The position numbers were made by a program, and so were the translations under genes. This document shows, piece by piece, positions 9,101-18,289 of a stretch of DNA of 64,000 bases. The notes beneath the pieces are model-generated. The model worked only from the letters and a program-made list of their open reading frames with translations, made no database searches and was not told the origin of the DNA. Each line of letters opens with the position of its first letter. The first letter of the stretch is position 1. Source of the DNA: Acidimicrobiia bacterium (GTDB lineage Bacteria; Actinomycetota; Acidimicrobiia; Spongiisociales; ZC4RG35); the NCBI GenBank assembly GCA_965203555.1, contig CBDBCY010000004.1, positions 2,144,001 through 2,208,000 on the forward strand, given 5' to 3'.

Positions 9101-10810
9101 ATGAAGAATTTTAAAGTAGCCATTGCCTTTGTGGCTGTCTTGGCGTTGCTGGCTGCGGCCTGCGGCGACGACGGGGACGAAGCGGCAGATGCTGTTGCTG
9201 AGACGACGGCGGCCCCTGAAACGACGGCGGCCCCTGAGACGACGGCGGCCCCTGAGACGACGGCGGCCCCTGAGACAAGCGCCGATTCAGAGGCTCGGCA
9301 GGGAGGGACTCTCGTAGTAGCGCTGGAAGCAACGATTAGCACTCTCGATCCACATCGGAGTTCGGGAGGACAGACGCATGAAGTCAACGAGCAGATCTTT
9401 GAGAAGCTCATTACTGCCGATTACACCGCTCCAAACGATGGCGGCCCGCCCGAGATCGTGCCGCGGCTAGCCACCGAGTGGGAGTCGAGTACGGATGGCT
9501 TGGTCCACACATTCTCACTGCGCGAGGGTGTGACCTTCCATGATGGGACGCCCTTCAATGCGGAAGCCGTCGAATTCAATGTGCGCAGGGTGTGGGATCC
9601 AAGCTTCGATCATTACATCGGAGAAGGACTGTCAGGGCTTGCCGCGACAGTATTCCAGAATCTCGAGGCTGTCGAAGTCGTTGATGAATTCACCGTTCAG
9701 TTCGTCCTGTCAGCACCCTTCGGGTTCTTCATTGAGAAGTTCGCCACCACAACCGGTCTGGGTCATCCATGGATGATTAGCCCCGCAGCTGTTATTGAGT
9801 ATGGCGAAGAGGTCGCGGATCATCCCGTTGGCACCGGTCCCTTCAAGTTCGTCGAGTGGGTAAGAGGACAGCACTTGACTCTGGAGGCAAACCGGGACTA
9901 TTGGAGGACTCCCCATCCCTACGTGGATGAACTGATATTCCGACCGATTGAAGATGCGTCTGGTCGTGTCAACGCCCTGAGGGCCGGCGAAGTCGACATG
10001 ATCCGTGTCGTGCCTCCGGATCAGATACCTGCGCTTGAAGGCGACGGTTTCAAGATTGCATCGGGCCCGACTCCGCATCTTTGGTACATAGAATTCCAGC
10101 ACAGGCGGCCACCCTTCAACGATGCGAGAGTTCGACAAGCCGTCAATCTGGCGATCGACAGGGAGGGCATGGCGACGGACCTGCTTGTCGGTACGGTTGA
10201 GCCGGCTATCTGCTTCTGCTCCTCTACGTCGGCGACATTCAACCCTGTACCAGATTGGGCGGGGTATGAGTACGACCCGGAGCGAGCGCGCCAACTCCTT
10301 GCCGAAGCAGGCTATGAGGATGGGTTTGACGCGGTGTTCGAGACATCGACATCGGGATCCGGACAGATCTTGCCTGTACAGATGGCTGAATGGATTCAGC
10401 AAGACCTGGCCGCAATCGGCATAGATCTGGAGCTTCGTACTTACGAATGGAATACGTACGTTGGCCGGTGGTACACAGGTATGCCGGATGACGTCGATAT
10501 GAACCAGATATCGTGGGGGGATAACTCCGACTACTGGCTGTATGAGTCCACGTCACCGTCTGCAGGTATCAACTCGGGAGGGCTGGTGGATGAGGAATTT
10601 GACTCGCTCTTGATAGCTGCCAATGAAGCTGCAAGTCAGGAAGAAGCCAGTGAATTCATCGAAGCAGCCGCTCGTAGAGGTCACGAACTTGCCTTCCATG
10701 CTCCCATCGTGTCAGATACTTTCCCTGTCGCGATGGCGGCGGAAGTCAACGGCTTCATTCGAGCCGGGGACTGGGTTGTGGACTACTCCATTGTGTGGCT
10801 TGACCGTTGA
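9101..10810 (+). CDS. ABC transporter substrate-binding lipoprotein, family 5 (Dpp/Opp/Nik-like)
   Basis: Lipobox LAAAC, ETTAAP linker, LREGVTFHDGTPFNAEAV, PVGTGPFKF, RVRQAVNLAIDR. Confidence 0.93.
   Translation: MKNFKVAIAFVAVLALLAAACGDDGDEAADAVAETTAAPETTAAPETTAAPETTAAPETSADSEARQGGTLVVALEATISTLDPHRSSGGQTHEVNEQIFEKLITADYTAPNDGGPPEIVPRLATEWESSTDGLVHTFSLREGVTFHDGTPFNAEAVEFNVRRVWDPSFDHYIGEGLSGLAATVFQNLEAVEVVDEFTVQFVLSAPFGFFIEKFATTTGLGHPWMISPAAVIEYGEEVADHPVGTGPFKFVEWVRGQHLTLEANRDYWRTPHPYVDELIFRPIEDASGRVNALRAGEVDMIRVVPPDQIPALEGDGFKIASGPTPHLWYIEFQHRRPPFNDARVRQAVNLAIDREGMATDLLVGTVEPAICFCSSTSATFNPVPDWAGYEYDPERARQLLAEAGYEDGFDAVFETSTSGSGQILPVQMAEWIQQDLAAIGIDLELRTYEWNTYVGRWYTGMPDDVDMNQISWGDNSDYWLYESTSPSAGINSGGLVDEEFDSLLIAANEAASQEEASEFIEAAARRGHELAFHAPIVSDTFPVAMAAEVNGFIRAGDWVVDYSIVWLDR
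9200..9277 (+). repeat. 18-bp tandem repeat x4.3 (GAGACGACGGCGGCCCCT) encoding an ETTAAP linker
   Basis: Units at 9200, 9218, 9236 and 9254 plus a partial unit; one mismatch in unit 2. Confidence 0.95.
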
Positions 10811-10835
10811 TAGTTGACTCAAGTCTGTCTCGTAA

Positions 10836-10870
10836 TCGCATGGGATGGGGCCTAGCTCCATCCCATGCGA
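10836..10870 (+). promoter_or_regulatory. Intercistronic stem-loop after the substrate-binding gene (mRNA stabiliser or partial terminator)
   Basis: 13-bp perfect inverted repeat TCGCATGGGATGG / CCATCCCATGCGA, no U-tract. Confidence 0.6.
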
Positions 10871-11044
10871 GAGCGGTCATCCACAGTTGCTCAGGGGACC
10901 GGAGCATGGTGGCAATCCTCCGATGACAGAGGGTGCAGGTGGTTCCAGTTCAGCCCAGCGGGCACTTGATGAACCGGGGCCCTCTAAGCTAAACCACTTC
11001 TCCACGTTCTGTGGCAGCCTTGAGGAAACGACTGAGTTATCAGC

Positions 11045-12013
11045 GTGATAATACGAATGATAGGCAGGCGGGCGCTTGCTATCTTTCCGATGCTGGTCGG
11101 TATCTCGGTTGTCGGGTTCCTTCTCATGAAGCTAGTGCCAGGGGATCCAAGTTCCTTCCTTCTTGGTCCCTTTGCTGGACCAGAGGCTCGTGAAGCGCTG
11201 CTTAGGAGTCTGGGATGGGACCAGCCTTGGCCGGTACAGTATGTGAAATGGCTCGGTCTCTTCGTTCAAGGTGATTTTGGTACGTCTGTTAGATACCAGA
11301 CACCCGTCTCAGAGATCTTCGGACAAGCAGTTGTAAACAGCGCGATCTTGGTTGCCTTGAGTTTTGCCATAGCGTTCCTTCTCGGCTTCTTTGGTGGGAT
11401 CCTGGCAGCAGTGAAGCGCTTTTCTCCGGTTGACAGAATCATGACTACACTCGCTGTCGTACTGGCGAGTTCCCCGGTGTACTGGCTCGGCCTGGTTCTT
11501 GTGTGGATTTTCAGTGTAAGGCTGGGAATTTTCCCTGTGTCAGGGATGGGCACGGTGAGAGCCGAGTCAGACGTAGTGGACTTGCTCCACCACGCCGCTC
11601 TTCCATCAGTGACGGCTGCCCTGATTCCGATGGCAGTGATCTTCCGTTTGACGAGGTCCGAGCTAGCTCATGCATTGGATCAACCGTACATTCAGGCAGC
11701 GAGAGCAAGAGGTCTAAGCGAAGCCTCTATCGTGTTTCGTCACGGTGTTAGAAACATCGTGGCCCCCATCGCAAACGTGAGCGGTTTACAGCTTGGATTT
11801 ATATTCACGGCCACTTTGTTCGTTGAGGTCGTCTTTGCATGGCCGGGTGTGGGCTTTCTCGTCTTTCAGGCGATTGCGGCGCGAGACATACCCGTCATCC
11901 AGACTGTGGTATTGTTCACCGGTCTCTTGTTCGTTGCGATCAGTCTCGTCAGCGACGTTATTCAAGGACTGGTCGACCCGCGAACGACGGCCTCGGTCGG
12001 TGCTGGAACGTGA
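11045..12013 (+). CDS. ABC transporter permease (DppB/OppB-like)
   Basis: LVPGDP, QYVKWL...GDFGTS, EAA-like motif YIQAARARGLS...RHGVRN. Confidence 0.92.
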   Translation: MIIRMIGRRALAIFPMLVGISVVGFLLMKLVPGDPSSFLLGPFAGPEAREALLRSLGWDQPWPVQYVKWLGLFVQGDFGTSVRYQTPVSEIFGQAVVNSAILVALSFAIAFLLGFFGGILAAVKRFSPVDRIMTTLAVVLASSPVYWLGLVLVWIFSVRLGIFPVSGMGTVRAESDVVDLLHHAALPSVTAALIPMAVIFRLTRSELAHALDQPYIQAARARGLSEASIVFRHGVRNIVAPIANVSGLQLGFIFTATLFVEVVFAWPGVGFLVFQAIAARDIPVIQTVVLFTGLLFVAISLVSDVIQGLVDPRTTASVGAGT

Positions 12014-12060
12014 AGCCATCAGTTTCAGAACACCGTCGAGCCTGAATTCGGCGAAGAGCA

Positions 12061-13008
12061 ATGAGCAAAGAGGGAGATGTGCTGGAAGGAGCGGTAACTC
12101 GAGACAAAGGGACCCGGCAGCCTGATCCGCTCACGACAACGCAAACCGGACAGTTCAGACTCATTGTCCGGACGTTCGCCCGTGACCGGCTTGCACTTGC
12201 CGGCCTGATCCTCATTGTTGTTGTTGTGGCTGCTTCGTTCGGCGCCGGTCTCCTAACCCCCTACGACCCAAATGAAGCTCATAGAGAAGTCGGGCGTTAT
12301 GCCCCTTTGGGAACCCCGGGCCATTTCTTGGGAACCGACGGACAGGCACGGGATGTGTTCACAAGGCTTCTCTGGGGGGGACGGGTTTCAATTCCGGTAG
12401 CAGTCATACCTGTTCTCGGCGCGTTGGCAGCCTCGCTCGCGATAGGGCTGATGGCAGCTTTTTCGGCAAGCTGGATTGGTGGTCTGGCGATGAGGGTCCT
12501 GGACGTGATGTTCGCGTTCCCTCCTGTGCTGCTGGCCATAGCAGTAGCGACAATCTTGACACCAGGCATGATGAACGTGATGCTTGCAATCGGCGTGGTA
12601 TCCATCCCGTATTTGACCCGCGTGGTGTTTGTCGAGGCGGTTTCAGTTCGCGGTAGTGACTACTTGAGAGCAGCGCAGGTAGCCGGCACCCCTCGAAGGA
12701 GGAAGCTACTGCGGGAGGTGCTTCCCAATGTGATTCCGCCTGTCATCATTTACGCATCGACGGGAGTGGGAGGGATGATCGTCATGGCGGCTGGTCTCAG
12801 TTTTCTTGGGGTTGGTGTTCAACCTCCGACTTCCGACTGGGGAATCATGACCGCTGACGGACGAGTGGTTCTGCAGGAGCTGCCCCATATCGCAACCATT
12901 CCAGGGCTCTTGATCATTGTCGTAGCACTCGCTTTCAACGTTGTTGGAGACGGCCTCAGGGACGCTCTCGATCCGAGACATAGGACGAGGACGTGGACAA
13001 CCGGATAA
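12061..13008 (+). CDS. ABC transporter permease (DppC/OppC-like)
   Basis: HFLGTDGQARDVFTRLLWGGRVS, EVLPNV, LSFLGVGVQPP, FNVVGDGLRDALDP. Confidence 0.93.
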   Translation: MSKEGDVLEGAVTRDKGTRQPDPLTTTQTGQFRLIVRTFARDRLALAGLILIVVVVAASFGAGLLTPYDPNEAHREVGRYAPLGTPGHFLGTDGQARDVFTRLLWGGRVSIPVAVIPVLGALAASLAIGLMAAFSASWIGGLAMRVLDVMFAFPPVLLAIAVATILTPGMMNVMLAIGVVSIPYLTRVVFVEAVSVRGSDYLRAAQVAGTPRRRKLLREVLPNVIPPVIIYASTGVGGMIVMAAGLSFLGVGVQPPTSDWGIMTADGRVVLQELPHIATIPGLLIIVVALAFNVVGDGLRDALDPRHRTRTWTTG

Positions 13009-14045
13009 GCGAAACCACGGACTCTGTCGTATTGAGCAGATCATCAATGCTCGAAGACAATGGGGGCGGGGCCCTTCTCGAGGTCGACGATCTTCACACG
13101 CACTTCTTCTTACCGAATGGTGTCTTGAAGGCGGTTGACGGGATGAATCTGGAGGTTGAGCGCGGTGAAGTGGTTGCTGTTGTCGGGGAGTCAGGATCAG
13201 GCAAGAGCGTAACCGCATTGTCCATTCTTAGGCTCATTCCGCAGCATCAGGGTCGAATAGTCGACGGTCGGGTGATGTTCAAAGGACATGACCTGATGAA
13301 AAAGAGCAATAGAGAGATGCAAGAGATTCGAGGCAAGCAGATCGGGATGATCTTTCAAAACCCTTACGCCGCGCTAAATCCGGTAATTCGCCTTGGCGAT
13401 CAGCTCATCGAAACAGCCAGGAAGCACCGAGCAGTGACTAAAGACGAGGGTCTGGAATTGAGCCTTGAACTACTATCGTACCTTGATCTTGAGGACCCGG
13501 AGCGGATTGTTAGGTTGCGCCCCTTTCAGGTAAGCGGAGGTATCAATCAGCGCATCATGCTCGCGCTTGCATTGATAGGTGAGCCGCAACTATTGATAGC
13601 TGACGAGCCAACGACGATGCTTGATTCGATCACTCAAGTCGAGATACTCGAGCTCATTGATCGGGTACAGCGTGAAACGAGGATGTCGGTTCTTCTAATA
13701 AGCCATGATCTCGGCGTCGTAGCTCAGGCATCTGATCGAGTGGTGGTGATGTACATGGGCCAGCGAGTGGAACAGGCATCAACTGGCGAGATTCTCACCT
13801 CTCCGAAGCACCCATACACAATCGCCCTTAGAGATTCCGTTCCTGATCTGGAGACTAAAGGGAAGCGACTCCCTCAAATTCAGGGTAGCCTACCCGATCC
13901 TCAGAATCTCCCTCGAGGTTGCAGATTCGCTCCGAGATGCCCGCATGCCATGGAGAGGTGCTTTCAATCCTCGCCTCCAGAATTCAGGCTAGCCGATGAC
14001 ACCCTAGTGAAGTGTTGGCTCTTTGAAACAGGTTCACCGGCATGA
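12993..14045 (+). CDS. ABC transporter ATP-binding protein (DppD/OppD-like)
   Basis: Walker A GESGSGKS, LLIADEPTT, HPYT and C-terminal Cys cluster GCRFAPRCPHAMERC. Confidence 0.93.
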   Translation: MDNRISETTDSVVLSRSSMLEDNGGGALLEVDDLHTHFFLPNGVLKAVDGMNLEVERGEVVAVVGESGSGKSVTALSILRLIPQHQGRIVDGRVMFKGHDLMKKSNREMQEIRGKQIGMIFQNPYAALNPVIRLGDQLIETARKHRAVTKDEGLELSLELLSYLDLEDPERIVRLRPFQVSGGINQRIMLALALIGEPQLLIADEPTTMLDSITQVEILELIDRVQRETRMSVLLISHDLGVVAQASDRVVVMYMGQRVEQASTGEILTSPKHPYTIALRDSVPDLETKGKRLPQIQGSLPDPQNLPRGCRFAPRCPHAMERCFQSSPPEFRLADDTLVKCWLFETGSPA

Positions 14046-14869
14046 GTGAGCACTCGTCTCTCCTTCAGGTCACTGACGTATCAAAGGAGTTCCAAGGGTA
14101 CAAGGGCCGCAACTTTGTCGCAGTCAAGAACGCCAATCTTCAAATACTGCGAGGCGAGACGTTCGGTCTCGTCGGGCAGTCGGGTGGCGGGAAGACCACT
14201 TTGGGATTGATGATCATGGGACTGGTCAGACCAACCTCCGGCGAGATCAGATACCGAGGCCAGCCGATCACGGGAGTCTCCGAAAAGGCATTGAGGCCAC
14301 TCCGAAGAGAGATTCAGATGGTTTCGCAGAATCCGTTGGAGGCTTTGAATCCGGTCAAGACCGTTGGGCAGTCAATCGAGTTACCACTGATCAACTTCGG
14401 CTTCTCCCGGCAACATCGCCGGAAACGCGTTGCCGAAGTCTTGAACCTGGTTGGCCTCAAAAGTGCAGACGCAGACCGATACCCTCATGAATTCAGCGGC
14501 GGGCAAGCGCAGAGAATCTGCATTGCTAGAGCCCTGGTAATCAAGCCGCGGTTTGTTTTCCTGGACGAGCCGGTGTCGTCTCTGGATGTCTCGATCCAAG
14601 CGCAGGTTCTGAATCTGCTCATGGATCTCCAAGAGGAGCTCGGTTTGACCTATTTGTTCGTTGCACATGACATAGGCGTTGTCAGTTTCATCAGTGATCG
14701 GATAGCGGTGATGCAACGAGGGATAATATTGGAGTCTGGAGCCACAAGAGACGTCATATCCAATCCACAATCTGATTACACAAAAGCGCTTCTTGATAGT
14801 GTAGTCAACGTGCCAAAGAGAACCAGTCTCAGAGAGACTGGAGAGACTCTGCAAGACAACCGCGAGTGA
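14042..14869 (+). CDS. ABC transporter ATP-binding protein (DppF/OppF-like)
   Basis: ATGA overlap with upstream gene. GQSGGGKT, YPHEFSGGQAQR, DEPVSSLDVSIQAQ. Confidence 0.93.
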   Translation: MSEHSSLLQVTDVSKEFQGYKGRNFVAVKNANLQILRGETFGLVGQSGGGKTTLGLMIMGLVRPTSGEIRYRGQPITGVSEKALRPLRREIQMVSQNPLEALNPVKTVGQSIELPLINFGFSRQHRRKRVAEVLNLVGLKSADADRYPHEFSGGQAQRICIARALVIKPRFVFLDEPVSSLDVSIQAQVLNLLMDLQEELGLTYLFVAHDIGVVSFISDRIAVMQRGIILESGATRDVISNPQSDYTKALLDSVVNVPKRTSLRETGETLQDNRE

Positions 14870-14971
14870 TTCGTGCTGTAAGGAAAACAGAATGCATGCC
14901 AGCGTTGCACAAGTGAATAGCATAAGATCGGAAAGACGGCCAGCTATCCATCTCGCCTGTGAAAGAGTAGG

Positions 14972-16555
14972 ATGACACAGATGGACGGTCGTGACAGATT
15001 GCATGGGCGGCTGCGGCGTCCAGAGCTGGCCGAGGTACAGGAACTGGCGGCCTCTCAGTACATTCGCTTGTCCGCTAACGAGGCCGAATCCTATGTCGAT
15101 CAGATCCGGAACATACTGTCGGAAATCGACCGAATTGATGACCTGGAGATTCCTTCAGTTCCAGTCAGATATCCTGAGCGCGAGATAGGCGCGCCGTCCG
15201 ATAACGAGAGCGATCCGTTCAACGTATACATTCGGCGCTGTTTGGTGAGAGGCGCGGAATCGGGCAAGCTGTCAGGGAAACGAGTTGGTTTGAAAGACAA
15301 CATTAAGCTCGCCGGCGTCCCGATGACCAACGGTTCACGGCTGATGGACGGGTATGTGCCATCGATGGACGCGACCGTCGTTGAGAGGATTCTTGATGCG
15401 GGCGGGACAATCGTGGGCAAACTGAATATGGATAGTTTCAGCTTCGGCGCGGGAGGAGAGTCCAGCGAATTTGGTCCAGCCAGGAACCCTCATGATCCAG
15501 CGCATTCCGCGGGAGGATCTTCGTCCGGGAGTGCGGCGGCGGTTGCGGCCGGGGAAGTTGACATCGCGCTTGGAGTAGACCAGGGGGGTAGCGCCCGTAT
15601 TCCGGCCGCTTGGTGCGGTGTCGTGTCGATGAAGGCGACACATGGCTTGGTGCCGACCTTCGGCATCTCTTATGTGGACCACACGCTTGACCATGTTTGT
15701 CCCATAGCTTCAACTGTGAAGGATGCTGCTTTGGCACTTGAGGTGTTGGCCGGTGAAGATCCCCGAAGCCCAGTGGCTGTTCGGGTTCCATACGGATCTC
15801 AGGCATACAGTCAGGGCCTTGGGGAGAAGGGCGTCGGGAATCTTCGGATTGGCGTTCTAAGGGAATCGATGGATTGGCCAGACGGGGAATCGGACGTCAA
15901 CTCGAGCGTCCGAGATGCTGTGGAGGGACTGAGGGATCATGGTGCGGAGGTGCACGAGATCTCCCTTCCGTGGTGGAAGCAATGCGAATCGGTGATACTG
16001 GCCATAATGACTCATTCGCTTGCTGCGATGGTCGATTCTGACCTCGAAGGATATTCCCGGCCTGGTATGTGTGATCCTGGTTGGCAGAACTTGTTTGGAA
16101 AGGCACGACGCGCTTCAGGCCGTCTTCTATCACCCCTCCTGATCGTACATCTAATTCTTGCCAAATATCTGCAGCAAGAGTATTGCAGTACCTATTTTTC
16201 GAAGGCCCAGAATCTTCGGCACTTTTGGTCCCGGCAACTGGACGATACGTTCAAGGAATACGATGTGCTTGTCACTCCTACGACACCGATGAAGGCTGTT
16301 CGGCTTCCTACCGTGGAGGAGTCGGAGGTCGGACAGGCGAAGCAACGCGGCCTGTTCCGCAATAATCTCAATACATGTCCTGCGAACTTGACGGGACATC
16401 CTGCAATAACAGTGCCGTGTGGTACGGGAGACAATGGCTTACCTATCGGGTTACAAATCATCGGTAGGCGTTTCGATGAGGATCTGTTGTTTAACGTTGC
16501 GTTTGAGGTAGAAAAGGCTGCTAATGATAGATCTTCTGGCGCCGGACTGGCCTAA
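14972..16555 (+). CDS. Amidase signature (Ser-cisSer-Lys) family amidase
   Basis: LKDN, GGSSSGSAAAVA, GVDQGGSARIPA, GLPIGLQIIG. Confidence 0.93.
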   Translation: MTQMDGRDRLHGRLRRPELAEVQELAASQYIRLSANEAESYVDQIRNILSEIDRIDDLEIPSVPVRYPEREIGAPSDNESDPFNVYIRRCLVRGAESGKLSGKRVGLKDNIKLAGVPMTNGSRLMDGYVPSMDATVVERILDAGGTIVGKLNMDSFSFGAGGESSEFGPARNPHDPAHSAGGSSSGSAAAVAAGEVDIALGVDQGGSARIPAAWCGVVSMKATHGLVPTFGISYVDHTLDHVCPIASTVKDAALALEVLAGEDPRSPVAVRVPYGSQAYSQGLGEKGVGNLRIGVLRESMDWPDGESDVNSSVRDAVEGLRDHGAEVHEISLPWWKQCESVILAIMTHSLAAMVDSDLEGYSRPGMCDPGWQNLFGKARRASGRLLSPLLIVHLILAKYLQQEYCSTYFSKAQNLRHFWSRQLDDTFKEYDVLVTPTTPMKAVRLPTVEESEVGQAKQRGLFRNNLNTCPANLTGHPAITVPCGTGDNGLPIGLQIIGRRFDEDLLFNVAFEVEKAANDRSSGAGLA

Positions 16556-16627
16556 TGCAATTGGATCCAGCGACAAGCACGTACCTGGTGATTCAACCCC
16601 GTGGTTTCATCCTGTAGCTCCAGACCA

Positions 16628-17584
16628 ATGAAAAGCAGCCGGCATATTACGACGGTGCTCGGTGAGATATCACCAGACGATCTTGGAGTGACATTGATGC
16701 ATGAGCACGTGTTCTGCAGTTTGATTTCTGAGTATCGTGGTGATGGTTGGCTGAATGACGGTGCTCTGGCTGTGGAGGAGTTAAGCCGCTTCAAGAGTGC
16801 CGGAGGTCAAAGCCTTGTGGATCTCACTCTCCGGGGGATGGGCCGTCAACCACAGCAGGTCCAGCGGGTCAGTGAAGCGACGGGCTTGAATATCGTTGTG
16901 GGAACCGGGCTTTATAGGCACCCCTACCTGGACAGTGAATGGATTGACCGGAACAGCGTAGATCAGCTCGCTCGCTGGATGGTGGACGAAATAGAGGTCG
17001 GCATTGACGGTACAGGAATACGTGCGGGAATCATTGGTGAGATAGGTTGTGACGCATTCCTGACAGCTCATGAAGAACGCGTGTTCAGAGCAGCTGCCCG
17101 CGCTCACCGTCGAACCGGGGTAACCATAAGCACGCACGCCGCCCGCTGGCCGGTGGGTCATGTGCAACTTGATCTCCTTGAAGAAGAGGGAGTGAGTCCG
17201 TGTCGCGTCATCATCGGCCATTGCGATTCGGTGTCAGATGCCGGTTGGATGTCGTCAGATGATGCGATTGACTATCACGAATCGTTGGTACGCCGAGGTG
17301 CCTTCGTCTCCTTTGATCACTTTGGAACCACGGCTTCTTCGTTTGATGATATCAGGGCTCTTGAGTATGTGGTGTCCTTGATCGACAAAGGTTTCACGAG
17401 GCATATTCTGCTATCACAAGATGTCTGTTTTCAGAGCTCTCTGCGGGCTAGAGGCGGTAATGGTTATGATTACCTTCTGACCAGAATCGTTCCGCAGTTG
17501 CGTGAGCAGGGCGTCTCTGATGAAACTGTATCTACGATTCTCATAACGAATCCCAGGCAGGCTCTCACCGGCGACATCCAGTGA
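16628..17584 (+). CDS. Phosphotriesterase-related amidohydrolase (PHP/PTE-like lactonase family)
   Basis: TTVLGEI...GVTLMHEH, AGIIGEIG, ISTH, IIGHCD, LLSQD, ITNPRQAL. Confidence 0.9.
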   Translation: MKSSRHITTVLGEISPDDLGVTLMHEHVFCSLISEYRGDGWLNDGALAVEELSRFKSAGGQSLVDLTLRGMGRQPQQVQRVSEATGLNIVVGTGLYRHPYLDSEWIDRNSVDQLARWMVDEIEVGIDGTGIRAGIIGEIGCDAFLTAHEERVFRAAARAHRRTGVTISTHAARWPVGHVQLDLLEEEGVSPCRVIIGHCDSVSDAGWMSSDDAIDYHESLVRRGAFVSFDHFGTTASSFDDIRALEYVVSLIDKGFTRHILLSQDVCFQSSLRARGGNGYDYLLTRIVPQLREQGVSDETVSTILITNPRQALTGDIQ

Positions 17585-17689
17585 TTGTAGGAGAAGCTTC
17601 ACGTTGCCGAGGCCGGCCAAGGTAAATCTTGGCTGGGGAGGAGTTGGATTGGCTACCGCACCATGACACAGGGGGTTTCGTTGAGGAAT

Positions 17690-17910
17690 CGGACCCATTG
17701 AACCCCACGAGGCCCCCGTAACACCACAAGAATGGACTCCACTGCTGCCCTCGTCGGCGCGTGAGATCCATAGACGGCGTGGTCACATTTTGATCGAAGC
17801 AATCTCGTTCAAGGAGGCACGACGGGAAACCGATGGGTGGGGAAGCCGCCATCTCCTGCGCAACAGGGCGCTAGCGAACCTGATTGCCTTGCTTTCGCAC
17901 ACGAACCGTG
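17690..17910 (+). pseudogene. Possible heavily degraded class III aminotransferase (GSA-type) fragment
   Basis: Colinear fragments in shifting frames: REIHRRRGHILI-EAISF (cf. REL..HGILLIFDEVISF), GKPMGGEAAISCATGR (cf. GKxxGGGxPxxAxxGR), ANLIALL. Confidence 0.35.
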
Positions 17911-18156
17911 GTGAACAGATCGGACAGATCAGTTCTGAATGAGTACGCCCACATCCTGCGGTGTGAAGAATGGGGGGTTCGCAGAGATCCCCCGGGAACA
18001 ACCGGTCACCAACCGGATCAGGATCCCTTCAAAACACGATCCCGAATGCGGAAATTGTGGCATCCCAGCGGATGGGTGTCTTCCCGTTCCGGTAACTGGC
18101 TTTGCACCGCTTCCCACACCGTCTCCACCACTTTTAGGATCAAGCGCACGCATAAT

Positions 18157-18234
18157 TGGAGTCTCCACCAGTTGGGGGTTGTGATTACAACTCCGTATCA
18201 AAACGGAGTCAACACCTCAACTGGTGGATTTCCA
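18157..18234. terminator. Long imperfect hairpin downstream of the SPFH operon, at the island right edge
   Basis: TCCACCAGTTG...CAACTGGTGGA outer stem with inner ACTCCGT/ACGGAGT stem. Confidence 0.5.
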
Positions 18235-18289
18235 CCTACCCGCGCGGCCTCTTACTTTGCCTTAGTTCGTAACTGGTGCTTGAGGTAGG

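Larger units (their letters stand above)
3143..18289. other. Lower-GC accessory catabolic island (no mobility gene seen)
   Basis: Visibly more A/T-ending codons than flanking genes, starting after the terminator at 3142 and ending at the SPFH stop. GC not computed and boundaries approximate. Confidence 0.7.

Noticed and set aside
9200-9277. CRISPR-like repeat array
   Set aside because: Contiguous in-frame tandem units with no spacers and no cas genes.
3143-18289. Island as an ICE or prophage
   Set aside because: No integrase, tRNA, relaxase, phage gene or flanking direct repeat was found.
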